Shown here piece after piece: positions 1 through 10,245 of a stretch of 64,000 nt of DNA. How positions within the stretch are numbered: position 1 is the first letter of the stretch; every line of letters starts with the position of its first letter. Both the position numbers and the translations under genes were made by a program. The notes below the pieces were generated by a model, which did no database searches, was not told where the DNA came from, and saw only the letters and a list, made by a program, of their open reading frames with translations. Source of the stretch: Trypanosoma brucei (lineage: Eukaryota); NCBI GenBank assembly GCA_000002445.1, contig CM000207.1:1248001-1312000 (forward strand). The letters are read 5' to 3'.

Positions 1-1016
1 ACCTCATCTCCTGAATCTTATTAGTAATGTGTAAAGAAAAAAGAAAGTAAAGAATCATTACACTCAATGCTTCTATCATTGCATATTTTGAATGTTTGTA
101 AGTAAGCTAAGCTATTATATTGTGCGTATATTTATATTTTTTCTTCCCCTGGTAAAAGAGTAATGAATAAGAAGAGCTTATTCAAAAGAAAAATACTGAA
201 GTGTAGTAGTGAAAACAACAATGCTTGCAGCAACTGAAAGAGCAGTGAGTGCACAAATGAATATGCTCATGCAATGCCTTCAACTTCACGCACGTTTAGC
301 ATAATATGAGTTACAGAGGCATCACTTAGTAGAAAAAAATAATAAAGCGTGGAAAAATAATAATAATAATAATAATAGTGGTAATCGTAATACCAAAGAA
401 ATAGAGGTTATAGGGGTGGCAATAATAGTAACAAATTTACTATATATGGAAAAGAAAGTGTCGTATTCTCGAAAGTAATAAAGAGAGTAATAAGAAAAGG
501 AAGAAGTGCAACACTGAATATTTTACTGGTTGAAACTGATTCGAAGAGAACATGATATCAATAGAGTTGTAGGTGCTTCTCAATTCAGTAAAATGGTTGC
601 GACCACACAAATATGTTTTCCCTCTCATGCACAAACTCTCCTTCCTTTCCTCTCTTTGTTTCTTACTCATATGCCTTCATTTTCTTATATTTTTGTTCTC
701 ACTTTTCTAAACCTTCAATTCGCTTCGTTATAAAGCCACTCAAATCTCGAACTACCAGTTTTGATAAATGCACCATGTCGAGTAAAACTTCCCCATGAGG
801 ACAGAAAACATGTTGACAAGAGGAGTGACATAATCATTCACTGGTTAGAGTCCACACTCGCAACAATGGAAAGAAATAAATCAGAAGTAAAACAACAAAG
901 AGAAAAACAAATTATATGGAAACACCAGCTTTCCCATTCCTCTCTTATCGCCTCAATATATCTTTCTTTCTTTCCTTTCTCCCTACAAACATTTGCCTCT
1001 TTCCTATACTGATAAT

Positions 1017-1310
1017 TTATTGAGTTGGTTGCTGCTCACTTTGACACTGTGTAAAGATTTCCCATGCCCATTTACATGGTGCCGCATTGCCTTCATTTGC
1101 TTCCAAACATTTTGCATAAGTTTGGACATGAGCTGCACAGGCACCGTTACCAACTTGTTGTGCCACCTGTTGCAACTCAGTGGGTTGTGCAGGCGGGGCA
1201 TTGCGGTCGAAGAGCATATGTGAAATGCCGTGGCCAATGACGGAACCGGCTGCAACTGATGCCACATTTCCAAGGAGACCGCTACCCATTCCACCACGCA
1301 GCACGTACAC
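1017..1310 (-). CDS. CHCH-domain (twin Cx9C, CHCHD2/Mix17-like) protein, 5'-truncated array copy
   Basis: Gly-rich hydrophobic 'GGMGSGLLGNVASVAAGSVIGHGISHM' segment followed by CAAHVQTYAKC and CKWAWEIFTQC (two C-x9-C). The copy starts at MYVLRGG and lacks the N-terminal region of the terminal copy. Confidence 0.55.
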   Translation of the reverse strand: MYVLRGGMGSGLLGNVASVAAGSVIGHGISHMLFDRNAPPAQPTELQQVAQQVGNGACAAHVQTYAKCLEANEGNAAPCKWAWEIFTQCQSEQQPTQ

Positions 1311-2153
1311 ATTTGTTACCTGAGGTTGCGGTTGCTGAGCAGTTGTCTGGTGCGTGTTTTGATGCTGTTGTCGTGTGCCAAAGAAAATTATGAAATATAT
1401 CCAATAAGTGTTTCTGCAACGAATAAGTAAGGTTATGTGAAACTAAAACACATAAAAGGATCACTGCTTTCCATAGTTCCTGCATGAGCAGAGAATTGTT
1501 GGCACATAACATCTACTAACACTAGCCATACTGACAGCAACTTATTCCTCCTGCCCTCCATCCTTGCACACACACCTCACAGTAACCAGTAACACTTCAC
1601 AACTATTTTAAACATCTGGCTTATTGTCTCAACAAAAGTCAGAGGGTTAGTAACTTTCCTCGTGTCGCATGCGAGGTTGCTGCAAAATGCGAAGAGTTCC
1701 ACCTTATCGCACACACATATCAAATACAAAGAGTAATAATTAAGTAATGTCGCGTAACTGTTTTAGTTATAATTCAACGTGAAGTGTTACGGATCCTAAT
1801 TCCTTTCAGATTGGAAACCGCAAACCATACAGTCCTGCTTCTTGTTACAAGTCAAGTGGGACATGCTAATTGGATTCAACTTCAATTAATTCCGTCATTT
1901 GCAGGTAGCAATAACATCTATCCTAAGAATTGTTATTTGCATTTAAAGGGTGAAATTGAGTGCATTCAGATAAAACAAAATAAGACTCATAGCAACAGCA
2001 AAAAGAGACTCTTTAGGGTTTATGGCAAACACAATCAATGAACAAACACACTATACCATTAACACAATTAAATTCCAAATACTATAACACATGTATTCTG
2101 TTCCAAAAAGTTACAATAAGTATTATGGTAATCACATCATAAGATTATTCCGG

Positions 2154-3263
2154 TCAAATTAAAAAGCATAAAAATGAAATTAGAAGTGCAAATAGTTTTT
2201 CCATCATATCTACATTTTGGTTATAAGCATAAGCACCATCAAAGGGTTTCCTCCTCATGTAAGATAACATTGGTAGCAACATTGTATCATCAAGAAGGCA
2301 TTGCTCCCTCTGTGCTGCGGTAAGATTGAGCCATGAGTTTTCAAGATACATTTTGTCAAGTTCCGCCTTTACACTGGGAGTGCTGTAACATGTTTCGGCA
2401 GAGCAAGCGGTGCAACTGCGTTTCTTCATTCCTTCCTCAAAATTTCGTGTCAACGACTTTAACGTTTCCTTTAAGTCCTGGAGGGAAGCAAGTGCTGCAT
2501 TTATCCTTGTCTCTTGAGGACCGGCGATGTATTGCGTAATGTTTTTGTCGCATCGTTTCTTCTCCTTTGTGATGCTGGCTTGTTGTTCGTCAATATCTTC
2601 CTGTAGGCTCTCAATACTTGCACTCATTTCCTTTAATTTTGTAAGTTTATGATGGCATTTTCCGCTTTCCTCTTTCTTTTTGTCTTGTTCTCGTAGCACA
2701 GTGGCCACTTGATCTTCCTTCTTATTAAGTTCGATTTGCAAATCTGTAACTTTTTGTTTGTCCGCCCCCGTTTGGCTAGTTACTGTTATATTGCACAAAC
2801 CTCTTTTTTCTACTTCGTTTTGTAAAGGCTTGTTTTTCTCAACCAATTCATTTAGAGTTTTATCGTTGTCGCAGGTCCAAAGCTTAGGTTCCGTATCATG
2901 TTTCAGAGAATAGCAAAATATCCACGTTTTATCAACTTCAAAAAAATTTTCACTATTTGAAAAAAATCTCCTCCCGTAACCACTGTAATCATCTCCCCTC
3001 CACGTTACGTCACTGCATCGTTCATCACTTGCTCTCACAGTTAAGCAAAATATCAGCAACAATAATCCAAACAGTATTCGCATCTTCCTAATAATCTTAT
3101 AGCAGTTATCACGGAACAAAGCACGCATATATTTTTTCCATAAACACATTTGCATAAGAATAACCAAATTTACCATTAATGGAACAAAACCAACTGTACC
3201 GATTCGCAAAATGATATTATCATGATAATTAACTAACATGTATGATATCCATAAAAATTCCAT
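2154..3263 (-). CDS. Gene A (variant 1): secreted coiled-coil Cys-framework protein with C-terminal hydrophobic GPI-type signal. The likely true start is the Met at 3083 (MRILFGLLLLIFCLTVRA signal peptide).
   Basis: Long minus-strand ORF. Signal-peptide-like N-terminus, many N-x-S/T sequons, a conserved C-terminal module CSAETCYSTPSVKAELDKMYLENSWLNLTAAQREQCLLDD...MEKLFALLISFLCFLI, and a hydrophobic extreme C-terminus. Confidence 0.75.
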   Translation of the reverse strand: MEFLWISYMLVNYHDNIILRIGTVGFVPLMVNLVILMQMCLWKKYMRALFRDNCYKIIRKMRILFGLLLLIFCLTVRASDERCSDVTWRGDDYSGYGRRFFSNSENFFEVDKTWIFCYSLKHDTEPKLWTCDNDKTLNELVEKNKPLQNEVEKRGLCNITVTSQTGADKQKVTDLQIELNKKEDQVATVLREQDKKKEESGKCHHKLTKLKEMSASIESLQEDIDEQQASITKEKKRCDKNITQYIAGPQETRINAALASLQDLKETLKSLTRNFEEGMKKRSCTACSAETCYSTPSVKAELDKMYLENSWLNLTAAQREQCLLDDTMLLPMLSYMRRKPFDGAYAYNQNVDMMEKLFALLISFLCFLI

Positions 3264-3359
3264 TATTAATTCACATAGTGGAAAGAAATCTCTGCTGATA
3301 CTGACAGATTAATAAGTAAGAAAAGATACGAACCCAACATATTTTATTTCCATAACTGT

Positions 3360-4208
3360 TTACATGTTTTCATTATATTTTGAATTACTCTCCTCATTAC
3401 CCTCATGTGACACCCCGCATTTAACACCTGATTTTTTCCATCCATCTTTTCCATATAATTTATCCAAATTTTCCTTTATGTGCACATCATCCCAACAAGT
3501 CCCAGCGTCACATGCGGGACAATTATTATTTCCAAGTTTTTCCAGCTGTTGTTCCTTCAGCTCTATTGCTCTCTTAACGTATTGAATTTCATCTAAGACT
3601 TTCTCCAATCTCTCTTTGTAATTCCCCTCTGTCCATATTTTCCTGTTTTCACACTCTTTTTCTTCCTGTTTAAAAAGTGCATCCACTCGTTTTTTTTCAT
3701 CCTGAAGGCTCCTTACCTTGCCTTCGGAACCAGCCATTCTCCCAATATCCTCTTCGCACTGTTTCTTTTCTCGATCCACCTGTGTGCACGCTGCCCGAAG
3801 GCGCACAACTTCCTTGTCTTTCCCACCAATTCGCCCCCGTAGCTGTTCGGCTTCACGGTCTAGCTCCATCCGTCTCTCATGCACTTTCCTTTTACAAAAG
3901 GATATATCACCTCCACTACTCCAATTGAATCTGTTTGTAATGAGGTCTGTTGGTTGCTCATCGCTTGAAATATCACAAAGCCATAACATTTCATTTGCTC
4001 CACCTATTCTTTCGCTCCTGTTGCATATCATCCACTTATGATTTTTTACCAAGAGGTCATCATTAGCCTTCATCACAGCCACCTTATCATCAACCTCTCC
4101 ATCCTTTTGGATTCTAACACATTTGACAGCCTCCACCCTTTCTGTAAAAGCCAAAAACAATATCAACCCCGCCAAAGAAAAAAACATAAGTGTCCCATAC
4201 TCTTTCAT
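3360..4208 (-). CDS. Gene B (variant 1): secreted paralog of gene A without a C-terminal anchor signal
   Basis: Starts with the signal peptide MKEYGTLMFFSLAGLILFLAF. Coiled-coil middle. C-terminal module CPACDAGTCWDDVHIKENLDKLYGKDGW is homologous to the gene A module. Ends ...KYNENM with no hydrophobic tail. Confidence 0.75.
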   Translation of the reverse strand: MKEYGTLMFFSLAGLILFLAFTERVEAVKCVRIQKDGEVDDKVAVMKANDDLLVKNHKWMICNRSERIGGANEMLWLCDISSDEQPTDLITNRFNWSSGGDISFCKRKVHERRMELDREAEQLRGRIGGKDKEVVRLRAACTQVDREKKQCEEDIGRMAGSEGKVRSLQDEKKRVDALFKQEEKECENRKIWTEGNYKERLEKVLDEIQYVKRAIELKEQQLEKLGNNNCPACDAGTCWDDVHIKENLDKLYGKDGWKKSGVKCGVSHEGNEESNSKYNENM

Positions 4209-6804
4209 ATTGTTAGTTCACACTATATATCCTTCAAACACTTTCTTGTCCTTGTTAACAAATACATATACCCAAACCAAATGAAATAATAGCAACAGTG
4301 AGTGTTAACTATAGTGACAGCAGCTTCTTTTCTTACCTTACCTTACCTTACCGTGGCACTGAATCTGCTTCCTCATTGACACACGGCACAATGGCAAGAC
4401 ACAAATAAACTTAAAACTAAAAATTAACAAAAAATATATATGTGATCCAAATACAAAATAGGTACAACAACATGTGCATTCAAATGCAAACCTAACTCAG
4501 AAAAAATACACGAAATAAATGAACACATGTATTCCGATTAGCACACGCATATATGAATATCCTTTGTCAAAGTCAGTTAACAGTTTTTTCCCTTAGCAAT
4601 CCTTATTCCATCCCCGCATGTCTTAAATTCTATTTCCCACAGCCTACAACACATATCAGATGCGCTACCACTTCTATCCTAGTGCCACAAACTCACATTA
4701 ATCAAATTTCCTTCGTCACACCTCTTTCCTCTGCACGCAGTTAGAGTTCAACAAACGCAGCAGCATCATAACTCTAGAAATGCCGGTAATGCGATTAGTC
4801 TCAAGAACAAACAATTAATACTAACGGGCTGCATCTCTCACTACAATCCACATAACAACACACCCCATGAAATATGAGAACTTTTGGTGACATTATATCG
4901 TTTAGCATTTCCTACCAACATTCAAAAGGATTTGCCACACATCACAATTAGTTACTGTATATTATAAAGCATCGTGAAATGGTGTAGCAGTACGAGAAAA
5001 GGGGAGTCTCTAGTCCCTCTCCCGTAACTTCATCATTTCAATAAATGCTAACAGTATTCACGACCCCATACAAAAAACAAGGAACAACAACATATGGGAT
5101 ATTTTACTGAATCCCACTCTCTACACATCACAGTGTAACCTGAAATGCACTCTTCACTTCGAGCTGCAGTAAACATGATAATTCCCATAATGCTCAATGA
5201 AAAGATAACAGAAATATATAACATATGATAGGTAATACATGATATATATTCCAGCACTTTTGTTGCTATTCCCAGAGATTCAACATTTTAGGAAACAAAA
5301 TATACAGAATCAACATTACTCCAATTGTATCAGCCTAACAAGACACTGAATTGAGGAAATTGTGTGAAACTTAAGTACTGGAAATGCGAGATATCATAAA
5401 CATTCCACGATTGGACTCAATGAAAACAAATGCAATCTTAAAGTTAGTATAACTAATGCATGGAATGACTGGAATTGTTGGAAATGAAGAATTTAATATA
5501 ACTAAAAAAAAATAATAGTATTTTCATCCGATATGGGAGCAAATATGATAGAATACCACAACAGTAATCTCAGTAGTTGAGATGCCAATAACACAGTTAA
5601 GTCACAGTTGCAGCATAAACACTTCTGGAAAGACTCCATAAAGGGAAAGAAAACTAATCATATTTCGAAGACTCAATTAGGCGTGGAAGAGAAACGGCAA
5701 CTGGTACAAAATAAATGTAACTGCAGGAACGCAGTGACTCCAAGTGGACATAAACCTAAGGAACTGATGTGAAACCTCATCTCCTGAATCTTATTAGTAA
5801 TGTGTAAACAAAAAAAGAAAGCAAAGAATCATTACACTCAATGCTTCTGTCACTACATATTTTGAATGTTTGTAAGTAAGCTAAGCTATTATATTGTGCG
5901 TATATTTATATTTTTTCTTTCCTTACCAAAAGAGTAAGGAATAAGGAGAGCGTATTCAAAGGAAAGATACTGAAGTGTAGTAGTGAAAATAACAACTCTT
6001 GCAGCAACTGAAAGAGCAGTGAGGGCACAAATGAATATGCTCATGCAATGCCTTCAACTTCACGCACGTTTAGCATAATATGAGTTACAGAGGCATCACT
6101 TAGTAGAAAAAAATAATAAAGCGTGGAAAAATAAAAATAATAATAATAATAGTAATAGTGGTAATCGTAATACCAAAGAAAGAAAGAGGTTATAGGGGTG
6201 GCAATAATAGTAACAAATTTACTATATATGGAAAAGAAAGTGTCGTATTCTCGAAAGTAATAAAGAGAGTAGTAAGAAAATGAAGAAGTACAACACTGAA
6301 TATTTTACTGGTTGAAACTGATTCGAAGAGAGCATGATATCAATAGAGTTGTAGGTGCTTCTCAATTCAGTAAAATGGTTGCGGCCACACTAATATGTCT
6401 TCCCTCTCATGCACAAACTCTCCTTCCTTTCCTCTTTTTGTTTCTTACTCATATGCCTTCATTTCCATCTGATCTTCTTTATTCTCACATTTCTAAACCT
6501 TCACATCACTTCGTTACAAAATCACTCGAATCTCGAACTACCAGTTCTCATAAATGCACCATGTCGTGTAAAACTTTTCCATGAGACCAGAAAAAATATT
6601 GACAAGAGGAGTGATACAATCATTCACTGGTTAGAGGCCACACTCGCAACAATGGAAAGAAATAAATGAGAAGTAAAAAGAAGGACAAAGCGAAAAACAA
6701 ATTATAGGGAGACAGTAACTCTTCCATTTCTCCTCCATTGCCTCAATATATCTTTTTCTTTCCTTTGTCTCTACAAACATTTGCTCCTTTCCCATACTGA
6801 TAAT

Positions 6805-7182
6805 TTATTGAGTTGGTTGCTGCTCACTTTGACACTGTGTAAAGGTTTCCCATGCCCATTTACATGGTGCCGCATTGCCTTCATTTGCTTCCAAACATTT
6901 TGCATAAGTTTGGACATGAGCTGCACAGGCACCGTTACCAACTTGTTGTGCCACCTGTTGCAACTCAGTGGGTTGTGCTGGCGGGGCATTGCGGTCAAAG
7001 AGCATATGTGAAATGCCGTGGCCAATGACGGAACCGGCTGCAACTGATGCCACATTTCCAAGGAGACCGCTACCCATTCCACCACGCTGCACGTACACAT
7101 TTATTACCTGAGGTTGCGGTTGCTGAGCAGTTGTCTGGTGTGTGTTTTGATGCTGTTGTTGCGGCAACGTTTCATGTGCCAA
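6805..7182 (-). CDS. CHCH-domain protein, array copy with alternative N-terminus (MAHETLPQQQHQ...)
   Basis: Same twin Cx9C and Gly-rich region as the other copies. His/Gln-rich N-terminal extension. No MTS-like segment. Confidence 0.55.
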   Translation of the reverse strand: MAHETLPQQQHQNTHQTTAQQPQPQVINVYVQRGGMGSGLLGNVASVAAGSVIGHGISHMLFDRNAPPAQPTELQQVAQQVGNGACAAHVQTYAKCLEANEGNAAPCKWAWETFTQCQSEQQPTQ

Positions 7183-7954
7183 AGAAAATTAGGAAACACA
7201 TCCAATAAGTGCGTCTGCCACGAATATGTAAGGCTATGTGAAACTAAGACACATAAAAGGATCACTGCTTTCCATAGTTCCTGCATGAGCAGAGAATTGT
7301 TGGCACATAACATCTACTAACACTAGCCATACTGACAGCAACTTATTCCTCCTGCCCTCCATCCTTGCACACACACCTCACAGTAACCAGTAACACTTCA
7401 CAACTATTTTAAACATCTGGCTTATTGTCTCAACAAAAGTCAGAGGGTTAGTAACTTTCCTCGTGTCGCATGCGAGGTTGCTGCAAAATGCGAAGAGTTC
7501 CACCTTATCGCACACACATATCAAATACAAAGAGTAATAATTAAGTAATGTCGCGTAACTGTTTTAGTTATAATTCAACGTGAAGTGTTACGGATTCTAA
7601 TTCCTTTCAGATTGGAAACCGCAAACCATACAGTCCTGCTTCTTGTTACAAGTCAATTAGGACATGCTAATTGGATTCAACTTCAATTAATTCCGTCATT
7701 TGCAGGTAGCAATAACATCTATCCTAAGAATTGTTATTTGCATTTAAAGGGTGAAATTGAGTGCATTCAGATAAAACAAAATAAGACTCATAGCAACAGC
7801 AAAAAGAGACTCTTTAGGGTTTATGGCAAACACAATCAATGAACAAACACACTATACCATTAACACAATTAAATTCCAAATACTATAACACATGTATTCT
7901 GTTCCAAAAAGTTACAATAAGTATTATGGTAATCACATCATAAGATTATTCCGG

Positions 7955-8959
7955 TCAAATTAAAAAGCATAAAAATGAAATTAGAAGTGCAAATAGTTTT
8001 TCCATCATATCTACATTTTGGTTATAAGCATAAGCACCATCAAAGGGTTTCCTCCTCATGTAAGATAACATTGGTAGCAACATTGTATCATCAAGAAGGC
8101 ATTGCTCCCTGTGTGCTGCGGTAAGATTGAGCCATGAGTTTTCAAGATACTTGTTGTCAAGTTCCGCCTTTACACTGGGAGTGCTGTAACATGTTTCGGC
8201 AGAGCAAACACTGCAATTGTTTTTCTTTATTGCTTCCTCAAACATTTGTGTCGTCAAATTCAGCTGTTTCTTTAGGTCGTGGAGAGAAGCTTTTTTCTTT
8301 TTCAAGATTACTTTTTTGTGATTAGTGATATGATGTGTAATATTGTGATTGCATTGTTGCTTTACCTTCTCTATTTCATCTCTCTTTTCTCTGTTTGCTG
8401 TTTCGAGAGTTGCATTTGTTTGACTTTTGTCTCTTAACGTTTTTGGATCCTCGATACATGGTGGGTTTTTTTGCTTTGCTCCAGTGCTTTTTTTGTAATT
8501 TTCATTCTCGACCCCTAACTGCCGGAGTTTATCCTTCAATTTTTCAATTTTTTCTTTATGCACTCTTATTTGAGTTGCCACAGTACTGTCGCATAGATTT
8601 CCGCCCTCCACACTCTCTCGCAAAAGTTCGTGATTCTCGATTAAGTCTTTAAATGTTTTATCATTGCTACAACTCCAAACCTTTCCGCTTGTAAAATCAT
8701 TAGACGCATCGCAAAACATCCACTTTTTATCATTTCCAAAAAGTTTCTCCCCACCCTTCAAAACAAAACTCCTCGCATCATCGACGCCCTCCTCTCTGTA
8801 AACATCTTCCCTCTCTTTTATATAATAGCATGGATTATCATCCGCCCATATTGTTACGCAAGATATCAGCAACAACACTCCAAATAGTATTTGCATTTTT
8901 CTAATGCTCCTAGAGTAGATGATATGAAATAAAGCACGCGTATATATTTTCCATAACAC
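7955..8959 (-). CDS. Gene A (variant 2): GPI-signal-bearing coiled-coil Cys-framework surface-type protein. The likely true start is the Met at 8896 (MQILFGVLLLISCVTIWA).
   Basis: Conserved C-terminal module and hydrophobic tail. Cys framework: KKWMFC, W-C-NDKT, LCDST, QQCN, CSVCSAETCY. Sequons NATL, NHNIT, NLTT, NNCS. Confidence 0.75.
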   Translation of the reverse strand: MLWKIYTRALFHIIYSRSIRKMQILFGVLLLISCVTIWADDNPCYYIKEREDVYREEGVDDARSFVLKGGEKLFGNDKKWMFCDASNDFTSGKVWSCSNDKTFKDLIENHELLRESVEGGNLCDSTVATQIRVHKEKIEKLKDKLRQLGVENENYKKSTGAKQKNPPCIEDPKTLRDKSQTNATLETANREKRDEIEKVKQQCNHNITHHITNHKKVILKKKKASLHDLKKQLNLTTQMFEEAIKKNNCSVCSAETCYSTPSVKAELDNKYLENSWLNLTAAHREQCLLDDTMLLPMLSYMRRKPFDGAYAYNQNVDMMEKLFALLISFLCFLI

Positions 8960-9172
8960 ATTTGCATAAGAGTTACAGAATTCACGATTAACATGGCGAA
9001 ACCAATTTTACCGATTCATGAAATGATATTATAATGATAATTAACCAAAATGTATGATATCCATAAAAAAATCCATTATTATTTCACATAGTGGTAAGAA
9101 ACAACTGCTTAAACTGACAGATTAATAAGTAAGAAAAGATACAAACCCAACATATTTTATTTCCATAACTGT

Positions 9173-10048
9173 TTACATGTTTTCATTATATTTTGAATGA
9201 TTCCCTTCAGTATCTTCATGTGACACCCCACATTTACCTCCTGATTTTGTCCATCCATCTTTTCCATATAGTTTATCCAACTCTTCCTTTATTTTCACAT
9301 CATCCCAGCAAGCTTCAGCGTCACATGAGGGACACTTATTAATTCCAAGTTCTTCTAGTTGCTGTTCCTTTAGTTCTATTGCTTTCATAACATTTTTGAT
9401 TTCTTCATCAATTTTTTCAAGTTCAATATCGTATTCCTTTTCCATATTTCGCTTAATATTTTCACACTCTGTCATTTCCTTTTCAATAAGAGAGTTCATT
9501 CGAGCACCTTCATTTATGATGTTCTGTATCTTGGTATCAGTATCTGTTATTTTTTCTATCTGATCTTGGCATTCCTGCTTTGTCTCCTGTGCTTTTGCAC
9601 CCAATATCTCCAGGTTTTTATTTATCATATCTTGCTCCACAATTTTACTGCTCAGCTGTATCTCCTCATCCTTAATTCTTTGGATCTCTTCCAGCACCTT
9701 CTTTTTACAGGTAGTTACGCTGCTTACATCATTACTCCAATTGAATTTGTTAACGAGAGTTGTGGGTGTCCCATCAATAGAGGCGTCGCACATCCAAAAC
9801 ACTTTATTTGCTTCTCCCACCCTATTAGTGACGTTGCATATCATCCATTTGTGACGTCTACTCACGAAGTGATCACCATTTTCTATCACAGCCTCCATCA
9901 CTCCTTCCACCTCCTCCCTTCTCACCATACAGGTTTTGGCTTTCGACTCGCCAGTGAAAACCAACAATATCACTCCCGCCAATGATAAAAACATAAGTGT
10001 CCCATACTCTTTCATATTGTCACCTCGCATTATATATCCTTCAAACAC
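9173..10048 (-). CDS. Gene B (variant 2): secreted anchorless paralog. The likely true start is the Met at 10015 (MKEYGTLMFLSLAGVILLVF).
   Basis: Signal peptide, HKWMICNVTN...WMCDAS framework, long heptad-like coiled-coil, CPSCDAEACWDDVKIKEELDKLYGKDGW module. Confidence 0.75.
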   Translation of the reverse strand: MFEGYIMRGDNMKEYGTLMFLSLAGVILLVFTGESKAKTCMVRREEVEGVMEAVIENGDHFVSRRHKWMICNVTNRVGEANKVFWMCDASIDGTPTTLVNKFNWSNDVSSVTTCKKKVLEEIQRIKDEEIQLSSKIVEQDMINKNLEILGAKAQETKQECQDQIEKITDTDTKIQNIINEGARMNSLIEKEMTECENIKRNMEKEYDIELEKIDEEIKNVMKAIELKEQQLEELGINKCPSCDAEACWDDVKIKEELDKLYGKDGWTKSGGKCGVSHEDTEGNHSKYNENM

Positions 10049-10190
10049 TTTCTTGTCCTTACCATCAGATACACGTAAACAAAATGGAACAATAGCAACA
10101 GCGAGTGTTAATTATAGTGACAGCAGCTTCTTTTCTTACCTTACCTTACCTTACCGTGGCACTGAATCTGCTTCCTTATTAACATACTGC

Positions 10191-10245
10191 ACCATCTCAA
10201 GACAGAAAATTGATACTAAAAATTAACAAAAAGAACATAGATGTG
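10191..10245 (-). promoter_or_regulatory. T-rich polypyrimidine tract ~150 nt upstream of gene B (repeated in each array unit at 4380-4440, 15936-15990 and 21676-21730)
   Basis: The reverse complement reads catctatgttctttttgttaatttttagtatcaattttctgtcttgag. Confidence 0.45.

Larger units (their letters stand above)
1..5773. repeat. Tandem array unit 1 (~5.77 kb): CHCH fragment + gene A variant + gene B variant + conserved spacer
   Basis: Unit-start motif 'acctcatctcctgaatcttattagtaatgtgtaaa' at 1, 5774, 11554, 17299 and 23044. Spacers are near-identical between units and gene order is the same. Confidence 0.9.

Noticed and set aside
4209-6804. Retroposon (ingi/RIME/SIDER-like) or tRNA/snoRNA genes inside the array spacer
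   Set aside because: No target-site duplications, poly-A tails, A/B boxes or C/D boxes could be recognised by eye. I cannot exclude small RNAs without a covariance-model search.
9566-9985. 139-aa plus-strand ORF (and many 60-100 aa plus-strand ORFs such as 530..733, 7585..7842, 10382..10606) recurring in every array unit
   Set aside because: They recur only because the DNA is tandemly repeated. They are antisense to, or embedded in, minus-strand genes or AT-rich spacer. They are low-complexity translations (poly-Leu/Phe/Ser) with no start context. They are not genes.
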